Positions 32,627-39,271 of a DNA stretch of 39,460 nt are shown here, one piece after another. Each line of letters starts with the position of its first letter. Positions within the stretch are counted from its first letter, which is position 1. The DNA comes from a virus. Below the pieces are notes generated by a model that worked only from the letters and a program-made list of their open reading frames with translations, was not told where the DNA came from and ran no database searches. The translations under genes and the position numbers were made by a program. The stretch lies in the IMG/VR virus record IMGVR_UViG_3300045988_131409. One strand, 5' to 3'.

Positions 32627-32938
32627 GGCGGTCAGCCAGCTGCCAGTACAGGTTTGGTAATATCCTTTATCCGCTTTGCCGCGGACGATGATGCTTCCAT
32701 CAGAGCTTATATACCAGCTACCGACAGCGCCGCCATTGTTCGATACAAACAGAATCGACCCGTAGGAAGCTGGCCTGTATCTTTCCGGGATTTTCTCTAT
32801 AGCTTTCAATTCTCCGGTCGCATAACTAGATGATGGCGAAGGTTGGCCGACCGCTATAACGATGCGACCTATGCGCATGAGTAGTACATTCATCGCGTAG
32901 GGGCCAGTAAACGATACAGACGATTGGGTTAGGGAATC
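32624..32938 (-). other. Silent C-terminal cassette v3 (104 aa)
   Basis: Minus frame runs from site D: D-S-L-TQSSVSFTGPYAMNVLLMRIG ... EKIPERYRPAS ... GSWLTA-stop. It is a paralogue of v2. Confidence 0.7.
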
Positions 32939-32941
32939 CTA
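32926..32941 (-). repeat. Shufflon site D (minus strand TAGGATTCCCTAACCC)
   Basis: The TAG is the stop codon of the recombinase gene. TCC CTA is in frame with cassette v3. Confidence 0.75.
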
Positions 32942-33808
32942 TTGCCCGATCAGCGCGCGTTCCCAGATGCTTTGGGCCTCCTTGAGAGACGCGATTTCCG
33001 GTCGCAGATAGAATCTGGCGGTCGTCTTGATGTCGGTGTGACCGAGGAACTTGCTGACCACCGCGATGTTGACTCCCGCTTCCAGGGCGTTGGTGGCCCA
33101 ACTGTGGCGGAGATTCTGCACCGGCACGTAGGGCAGCGACTCCTTTTTGCACCATGAGGCGTAGCGTCGCGCGGCTTGCGATGGAGTCAGGTCACCGATG
33201 ATACGGCCCTTCCGGCCGTTGCGGATCTCCCGCAATCGCCGGACGGCGAATCGGGGAAGGGGCAGAAACCGGTCGGACAGTTCAGTCTTCGGCGGCACCA
33301 CCACTTCGTGGCCGGCCACCCATTGCACTCCACGCTGGATATGAGTGATGCCGGAACGCATATCGATATCCGCCCAATCGACTCCGTACCCCTCTTCCGG
33401 CCGCAACGCCAGACACGAGTCCACAATCAGCCAAGCCTCAAGCGCATGGCCATAAAAGCCCTGTAGTTGGCGACGAGTCTGCCCGATGGTCAGCAGACGC
33501 GGCACATAGAGCGGCTTGGCCGGCAGATCAATCTCCAAACGGGTCACATCGACCTCTAAGTAGCCCCACTTCGCGGCCTTGCGTAGCATCTGCCTCAACA
33601 CCGCCCAAGCCTTGCGGGCCGCACCTGGACCCGCGAACCCTGACAGCCACAGCTCGATGTCATCCACGCCGATGTCAGCCAACTCCATGCTGCCGAACAC
33701 CGGCTCCACATGGCACCGCCAAGCCGACTCATAGCCAACGCGCGTGACCTCGCGCAGGCGCTCGCAATAGCCGACATACCGGTCATCCCAAAACTCTTGC
33801 AACAACAT
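32939..33808 (-). CDS. Small tyrosine recombinase (shufflon invertase candidate)
   Basis: ALRPEEG (Arg I), NLRHSWATNALEAG, FLGHTDIKTTARFY (His and catalytic Tyr), ~289 aa with no arm-binding N-domain. GGAGG sits 5 nt before ATG 33808. Alternative starts are 33877 and 33892. Confidence 0.8.
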   Translation of the reverse strand: MLLQEFWDDRYVGYCERLREVTRVGYESAWRCHVEPVFGSMELADIGVDDIELWLSGFAGPGAARKAWAVLRQMLRKAAKWGYLEVDVTRLEIDLPAKPLYVPRLLTIGQTRRQLQGFYGHALEAWLIVDSCLALRPEEGYGVDWADIDMRSGITHIQRGVQWVAGHEVVVPPKTELSDRFLPLPRFAVRRLREIRNGRKGRIIGDLTPSQAARRYASWCKKESLPYVPVQNLRHSWATNALEAGVNIAVVSKFLGHTDIKTTARFYLRPEIASLKEAQSIWERALIGQ

Positions 33809-33890
33809 TTCGACCTCCGAAAACCCACACGCCTCGCGGCCAATCCGCTCGGTATCGCGTGTGGGTTTTCTCACCATAAAGGAGCCCCGC

Positions 33891-34202
33891 ATGTCGCAGT
33901 TAATCGAACAACTCGTTGAATGGATGGTGCCCTTCTTATGCGGTGGCGCGGTCACCGTGCTGGGCCTCATGCGGCGATGGGGCAGAGCAATCATCAACGG
34001 GATGCGCGAGCTCCTGCTGTGCCAGTTGGAGGACCTGCGACGCGAAATGGTCGTCGAGCACGACGGAGTGGCGGACGAGGACCTCAAATCACGCTCCCAG
34101 CGACTCTATGACAGCTATCACAGCCTGGGCGGCAACGGCCACGGCACGTCCCTCAACGACGACATCCAATCTGCGCCAATCGCGCCGCGCAACAGAACTT
34201 GA
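33891..34202 (+). CDS. Single-TM membrane protein (holin or lysis-accessory candidate)
   Basis: AAGGAG RBS, TM segment WMVPFLCGGAVTVLGLM. It is the first gene of the lysis block. Confidence 0.45.
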   Translation: MSQLIEQLVEWMVPFLCGGAVTVLGLMRRWGRAIINGMRELLLCQLEDLRREMVVEHDGVADEDLKSRSQRLYDSYHSLGGNGHGTSLNDDIQSAPIAPRNRT

Positions 34203-34253
34203 GCCCCGCAATCCCGCGAGACTCCAAACCAAAACATCTCTGAAGGAGAACGC

Positions 34254-35237
34254 ATGAAAAATTGGGAAACCCTCGAAGCGGACGAGGACATGATCCTCAA
34301 CACGCACTTCACACCTGGGCGCTCCGGCCGCAACATCGACAAGATTGTCATCCACCACAACGCCGGCAATTTGAGTATCGCCGGATGCTACAACGTGTGG
34401 CAGACCCGCGAAGCGTCGGCGCACTACCAGGTAGACTCGAACGGTCGCATCGGCCAGCTCGTCTGGGATGCCGACACCGCATGGCACGCCGGCGACTGGG
34501 CCGCCAACACCACCAGCATCGGCATCGAACACGCCGACATCAACACCAACCCATGGCAATGCTCGGACGCCACCATCGACAACGGCGCCCATTTGGTGGC
34601 CGCACTGTGCAAATACTACGAGCTCGGCCGCCCGCAGTGGGGCGTGAACGTGTTCCCCCACTCCCGCTTCAGCGCCACCGAATGCCCGGCCAGCCTCGCC
34701 GGCACCCAGAACGCGGTCTACATGGCCAAGGCGCAGTACTGGTACGACAAGATGAGCGGCGGCAACCCCAGCACCCCAAGCACGCCGAGCCAGCCGCAGC
34801 AGCATGCCACGAACCTCGAGGCGTTGGCGGACGCGGTGATCCGCGGCGACTACGGCAACGGCGACGAACGCAAGCAGCGGCTCGGCAGCCAGTACGACGC
34901 GGTCATGGCAATCGTCAACGCCCGCTACGGCATCGCCTCCGGTGGCTCCTCGGCCAGCGTGAACATCGACGACCTCGCACGTCGCGTCATCAACGGCGAA
35001 TTCGGTGTCGGCGACGCCCGAAAAGCCGCCCTCGGCAGCAACTACGAAGCCGTGCAGGCGCGCGTCAACCAGCTCCTCGGCCAGGGCGGCGGCGGTTCCG
35101 CGCCGAGCGTGGACCTCAACGCCCTGGCGGATGCGGTCATCCGTGGCGACTACGGCAACGGCGCTCAACGCCAAGCCGCACTCGGAGCCAACTACGCGGC
35201 CGTGCAGGCCATCGTCAACAAGAAACTCGGCTACTAA
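34254..35237 (+). CDS. Endolysin: N-acetylmuramoyl-L-alanine amidase (Amidase_2/PGRP-like) plus three CW_7 (Cpl-7-type) repeats
   Basis: IVIHHNAG...AHYQVD...AWHAGDW...IGIEH...ECP. There are three ~40-aa repeats L(A/E)ALADAVIRGDYGNG..R...LG..Y.AVQA.VN (aa 187-326, nt 34812..35234). Confidence 0.85.
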   Translation: MKNWETLEADEDMILNTHFTPGRSGRNIDKIVIHHNAGNLSIAGCYNVWQTREASAHYQVDSNGRIGQLVWDADTAWHAGDWAANTTSIGIEHADINTNPWQCSDATIDNGAHLVAALCKYYELGRPQWGVNVFPHSRFSATECPASLAGTQNAVYMAKAQYWYDKMSGGNPSTPSTPSQPQQHATNLEALADAVIRGDYGNGDERKQRLGSQYDAVMAIVNARYGIASGGSSASVNIDDLARRVINGEFGVGDARKAALGSNYEAVQARVNQLLGQGGGGSAPSVDLNALADAVIRGDYGNGAQRQAALGANYAAVQAIVNKKLGY

Positions 35238-35250
35238 GGAAGGAACAACC

Positions 35251-35610
35251 ATGACCGACAACACGCTGGACACCCAACTCAACGAGATCGCGGCAACCGG
35301 CGCGAACACGCCCGGCATCGCCGACCACAAGGCCAACGGCAAGCTCGAGCCGGATGACGTGATCTCCGGCGCGGAGGCCGAGGGGCTCGTGCTCTGGCTC
35401 AAGGCCTCATTGGTGCGCGCCGTCAAGACCGCCGCCCAGAGTGCGGTGGCCGCCATCGGCACCACCGTCCTGACCATCGGACAGGTGGACTGGCGCATCA
35501 TCGGCGGCACCGCCGCACTCTCCGCCGTCCTCTCGCTGCTGACCAGCGTGGCCGGCATCCCCGAAGTGGACGACGGGGCCAACGTCGCCAAGATCGCGGC
35601 AAAGAACTAA
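35251..35610 (+). CDS. Holin (r1t-holin-like)
   Basis: 119 aa with hydrophobic helices AAQSAVAAIGTTVLTIG and IIGGTAALSAVLSLLTSVAG. Directly downstream of the endolysin. Confidence 0.6.
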   Translation: MTDNTLDTQLNEIAATGANTPGIADHKANGKLEPDDVISGAEAEGLVLWLKASLVRAVKTAAQSAVAAIGTTVLTIGQVDWRIIGGTAALSAVLSLLTSVAGIPEVDDGANVAKIAAKN

Positions 35611-35630
35611 CCCCCCCAATCCAATAAGCA

Positions 35631-35696
35631 ATCGGCCCCGTCCGACCGCAGACAGCTCCATGAGCTTGACTGCGGTCGGACGGGGCCGATTTTTTG
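35631..35696 (+). terminator. Strong intrinsic terminator closing the late operon
   Basis: The 21-bp stem ATCGGCCCCGTCCGACCGCAG (35631..35651) pairs with CTGCGGTCGGACGGGGCCGAT (35670..35690), followed by TTTTT. Confidence 0.85.
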
Positions 35697-35735
35697 CGTT
35701 GCAAAGTCCTTGTATATAATGGTGTGACCATCAAA

Positions 35736-35760
35736 ATAGAGTGCACTTAGAGTGGACTCC
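35736..35760 (+). repeat. attP arm-type repeat pair (ATAGAGTGCACT TAGAGTGGACTCC)
   Basis: Tandem copies of the same 11-12-mer that recurs at 35957..35982. Confidence 0.65.
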
Positions 35761-35956
35761 TTCTGGGAGGCCAAGCGGCAGTAGGGCTCAGACAAAGTTG
35801 AGTCTATTCACAGCACACGCTTCACGCGGGTTTTGACGAGTGGTGAGAATCGTTGGAATGGTGCGGAAAACGTAGGTGGCAGTAGGCCTCATACGGGTTT
35901 CATTGCGTGGTGCTGAGTTGCGGGAATACCCGCGTTATGCCGCGTTTTACACCCAG

Positions 35957-35982
35957 ATAGAGTGGACTATAGAGTGGACTCC
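35957..35982 (+). repeat. attP arm-type repeat pair (ATAGAGTGGACT x2)
   Basis: Exact tandem 12-mers just upstream of the integrase RBS, in the same orientation as the 35736 pair. Confidence 0.65.
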
Positions 35983-36000
35983 CAACAGGGAGGGAACCCA

Positions 36001-37239
36001 ATGGCCGCAACGAAAAGACGCCGCACCAAGGGCGCGGGAGGAGTGTTCAGGGACAAGGCCGGCAAATGGCATTTCCGCACCGAGATCACGGCCGACCCCG
36101 GCACCGGGCGCCGCCGCATCATCGAGACCACGGGACTGGTCAAATCCGACGCCCGCCAACGCCACGAGAACAAGCTCAGGGAATACGAGCGCACGGGCAT
36201 CATCCATTCCAATCAGTCGCCCTACCTGCGCGACTACATCATCCGATGGTGCGGGCAGCGCCGCCGCGACCTGAAACCCAACACCTGGTACAACCTCGAC
36301 AAGCGGTGCAACATCATCGCCAATATTATCGGGGGAGTGCGGCTCGCCGAGCTCACGCCCGCGCACGTGCGCCTCATGATGGACAGGCTCGGCCGAACCC
36401 GCGCGCCGCGAACCGTGCGCGAATACCACGGGATACTCAAACAGGCGCTCGACGACGCCGAACTCGAGGAGCTCATCGACCGCAACCCCTGTCGCAGGGT
36501 CAGGCCGCCACGCTACGAGGAGACCCCGCAGAGGATACTCGACGAATCACAGCCCAAGGAACTGATCGCCGCCGCCGTCAAGGCACCCATGGCCGGAGGC
36601 AGGCGAGGCCCGCACGACTCCCCGGAGGACACCGAGATGTGGGCCATCCTGTTCGAACTCGCGTTCGCCACCGGCATGAGGGAAGGCGAACGATACGCGC
36701 TCATGCCCTACGAGCTAGAAATACGCGACGGCATACCCGGCATCTTCGTCCAACAGCAGCTCCAGGACTACGTCGGCGGCGCCGACGCGGTGATACCCAA
36801 ATGGCACAACGCCGTCCACGTGGTCGGCGGACTCTGGCTCGTACCACCAAAATCCAAGAAAGGCGTACGCTTCGTGCCCATCACATGGAACCTGTGGAAC
36901 CGGCTGTGGAACCGCATCATCATGTTCGGCATGCACCCCCACCAGTTCATCTTCAACAACCTCCTCGGCCGACCCATACGACAGGAACAGGAAAACCGAC
37001 GCTGGAGAAACGCCCTCCAAGCAGCCGGCCTCCCATACGTCAAAATCCACTCCGCCCGCCACTGGACAGCCACCAGAGTCGCCGAATCAGGAGCCAGCGA
37101 AGACGAACGCATGGCCGTACTCGGCCACACCGACATCCAAATGACCGCCCGATACACCCACTGGGGCACCAAGGCGCTCGCTGACATGATGCGCGAAGCC
37201 ATACCCAGCCTCACGGATGACAGTGATGACGTGTCATAA
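36001..37239 (+). CDS. int: Phage integrase (tyrosine recombinase with an arm-binding N-domain)
   Basis: GGGAGGG RBS. N-terminal GGVFRDKAGKWHFR (AP2-like arm-binding), then HSARHWTATRV and VLGHTDIQMTARYTHW. Confidence 0.9.
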   Translation: MAATKRRRTKGAGGVFRDKAGKWHFRTEITADPGTGRRRIIETTGLVKSDARQRHENKLREYERTGIIHSNQSPYLRDYIIRWCGQRRRDLKPNTWYNLDKRCNIIANIIGGVRLAELTPAHVRLMMDRLGRTRAPRTVREYHGILKQALDDAELEELIDRNPCRRVRPPRYEETPQRILDESQPKELIAAAVKAPMAGGRRGPHDSPEDTEMWAILFELAFATGMREGERYALMPYELEIRDGIPGIFVQQQLQDYVGGADAVIPKWHNAVHVVGGLWLVPPKSKKGVRFVPITWNLWNRLWNRIIMFGMHPHQFIFNNLLGRPIRQEQENRRWRNALQAAGLPYVKIHSARHWTATRVAESGASEDERMAVLGHTDIQMTARYTHWGTKALADMMREAIPSLTDDSDDVS

Positions 37240-37587
37240 AATGCCGTATTCAACACCCGCAGTGCCGCGCTCGTATCATTTTGCGACACGCGCGGGCAAT
37301 CCAAAAATGGGACGAACTTATGCACATTCCGATAAAAAATGTGCACAAGTTCATCTAATACGTGTAGATTGAACATACAGCATGCAACGGGAAGTCAGGG
37401 AAAGAGATTGCATGCTGCGATAGGAGCAACCATCATGGCAGGCGCAATGTCTTTGAATCGCGTCATGGCGCTTATCGGAAAGTCTGTCGTATCCGATTGG
37501 CGTCGTGGATTCGCGGCGTATCCATTAGTCGTCGGTATAGAACGGGCTAATAGATATCGGAAGAAACGGTGATATCGCAACACTGAA

Positions 37588-38193
37588 ATGGGAATAAAGA
37601 ACTCCAGACGCAGAAGCCACGATATCGATGCGGTGCAGCCCGACGAGCCGGACATCTGGGAAGAGGGCAAGTTCACGCCAGACCCGGATTGCGATCGCTC
37701 ACCCGTCAGATACCGCACCGTCACGGGACCCGATGGTTTGCCGACAAACGCCAGAACCATTTACGTCGATTGGCGCAAAAGCGGTCATATCCATCGATTC
37801 TTCCAGTGCATACAAGTCAACTTCGACGAAGAAACTATTGATGATTCTCTTGAGATTATCGAAGATGACGATTCCGTCCCCGATGAGTCCAAGGGGCGCG
37901 CTGATATGTGGCAAGCCGCTGAGATCGACTGTTCACACAATATTTGCCACATACATCCCAATGGGCATCATCCGCCAAGCGGATTGCCGGTGGACAAGCA
38001 GTTCATCCATCGGCTGGATTCTCTTAAGGATGTGAGGTATGCATGTGCGGTTTCTTCGGTACTGATCAACACGATAGCAATCAACGCAATGAAAACATGT
38101 GGAGGTGAATGGGATGAACGAACAATCACCGGAATTGCAGAAGGCGCCGTACAAACACTACGACGAGCTGAATCTATTCGAAACTCGCATTGA
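37588..38193 (+). CDS. Hypothetical 201-aa protein with a Cys/His cluster (moron gene 1)
   Basis: ORF track entry. AT-richer than the flanks by eye. Contains IDCSHNICHIHPNGHHPPSG. Confidence 0.55.
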   Translation: MGIKNSRRRSHDIDAVQPDEPDIWEEGKFTPDPDCDRSPVRYRTVTGPDGLPTNARTIYVDWRKSGHIHRFFQCIQVNFDEETIDDSLEIIEDDDSVPDESKGRADMWQAAEIDCSHNICHIHPNGHHPPSGLPVDKQFIHRLDSLKDVRYACAVSSVLINTIAINAMKTCGGEWDERTITGIAEGAVQTLRRAESIRNSH

Positions 38194-38590
38194 CATATCC
38201 ATGTCAATGGGATTGCTCGATGACGTGCTGACCGTTCGTGACGAGCAAGGGAACTGTCCCATTGTCGTCGCATTGGGAGAGGAAAAGCTCTACTTTCTCG
38301 TGGAACGAGTCAAAGCAATAGGCGGATGCGCCAATATCCTCATCAAGATGGGGGATCAGGTGACGATGATTGCTTCTGAACATTTCAACGGCGGAACATC
38401 CGACGCCGAGGACTTGTCCGATATCTCCGAATGGGAAAACGGCGATACCACCATTGCCATGTTCGTGACATATCTCAGGACCAAACCAAACGGCGTGATA
38501 ATGCCGCGAAGCCTGCCCAAAGGACCCGAAACAAAAATGCTGTTGGGAGAAAAACCAGTATCAATGGAATCGATCCCGGCACTTGTCTGA
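38114..38590 (+). CDS. Hypothetical 158-aa protein (moron gene 2)
   Basis: GGAGGTG RBS 6 nt before ATG 38114. Overlaps gene 1 by 80 nt. Confidence 0.55.
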   Translation: MNEQSPELQKAPYKHYDELNLFETRIDISMSMGLLDDVLTVRDEQGNCPIVVALGEEKLYFLVERVKAIGGCANILIKMGDQVTMIASEHFNGGTSDAEDLSDISEWENGDTTIAMFVTYLRTKPNGVIMPRSLPKGPETKMLLGEKPVSMESIPALV

Positions 38591-38603
38591 ATCCCTACAA
38601 ACC

Positions 38604-38641
38604 AAACCGCCCCGGCGCTCGCAGAGCGACCGGGGCGGTTT
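38604..38641. terminator. Bidirectional terminator between convergent genes
   Basis: AAACCGCCCCGGCGCTC-GCA-GAGCG-A-CCGGGGCGGTTT. Confidence 0.75.
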
Positions 38642-38674
38642 CGTGTTTAGGGCTTGATCCGCCCGACACGGGAT

Positions 38675-39142
38675 TTATTGCTTGGCCGTCTTGACGGTGA
38701 TGGTGGTGCCGAGCGCGGTGGTCTCCCAGCTCACGCCGTCGGCCTCGCTGTAGGTGAAGTCCTTGGTGGCGTCCTGCGAGGCGAGCAGGGATTGAGCCAT
38801 GGTTTCGGTGTCGCCCTGGCTGGTCCACTTCCAGTCGCCGGCCTTGGTCGGGGCCTGATAGGTGCCCTTCCAGTAGAGGCTCTTGGTGTCGGTGCCGATC
38901 CAGTTGACCTCGATGGTGTCGCCGCTGATGGTGGCTTCCATGTATGAGTTCGGGTCGTTGGAATTGGTCTGCTTCCATGTGCCGGTCAGATCGGCCGGCT
39001 GGGGTTTGGGCTCTTCCTTATTGGTCTCGGTCTTTGACGTGCCATCGGATTTGGCCGGCGCATCGGCCGTAGTGCTTCCCCTGCAAGCGGACAGACCGGT
39101 AAGCAACATCGCCGCAACAAGCAGTGCGATTGCCTTTTTCAT
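38675..39142 (-). CDS. Secreted lipoprotein (superinfection-exclusion candidate)
   Basis: AAGGGAG RBS before ATG 39142. Signal peptide MKKAIALLVAAMLLTGLSAC carries the lipobox L-S-A-C. Confidence 0.75.
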   Translation of the reverse strand: MKKAIALLVAAMLLTGLSACRGSTTADAPAKSDGTSKTETNKEEPKPQPADLTGTWKQTNSNDPNSYMEATISGDTIEVNWIGTDTKSLYWKGTYQAPTKAGDWKWTSQGDTETMAQSLLASQDATKDFTYSEADGVSWETTALGTTITVKTAKQ

Positions 39143-39211
39143 GATGGGTCTCCCTTCGTGCCGGACATTGTCGTCCGACATGACTCAATCATATGGCGAA
39201 ACACAAGAACC

Positions 39212-39257
39212 AAGGACTCATCCCGGCGCTCGCGGTGAGTCGTCGGGATGAGTCCTT
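39212..39257 (-). terminator. 13-bp stem hairpin downstream of the DUF1828-like gene
   Basis: AAGGACTCATCCC (39212..39224) pairs with GGGATGAGTCCTT (39245..39257). Confidence 0.5.
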
Positions 39258-39271
39258 ATATGGCCCGGAAG

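Noticed and set aside
31188-33808. A diversity-generating retroelement or a serine-invertase (Gin/Hin-type) switch as the mechanism of fibre variation.
   Set aside because: There is no reverse transcriptase, template repeat or serine recombinase ORF anywhere in the window. The adjacent enzyme has tyrosine-recombinase motifs.
37435-37572. A 45-aa ORF (MAGAMSLNRVMALIGK...) upstream of the moron, with an AGGAG-like RBS.
   Set aside because: It is too short and lacks any supporting feature. It is left unannotated, though it could be a leader peptide or small regulator of the moron operon.
38588-38606. TGA-ATCCCTACAAACC after moron gene 2 resembles the shufflon site (TAG-GATTCCCTAACCC).
   Set aside because: The core lacks one T (ATCCCTA versus TTCCCTA). 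The flank does not match, and no cassette-like coding segment lies next to it. It is probably coincidence.
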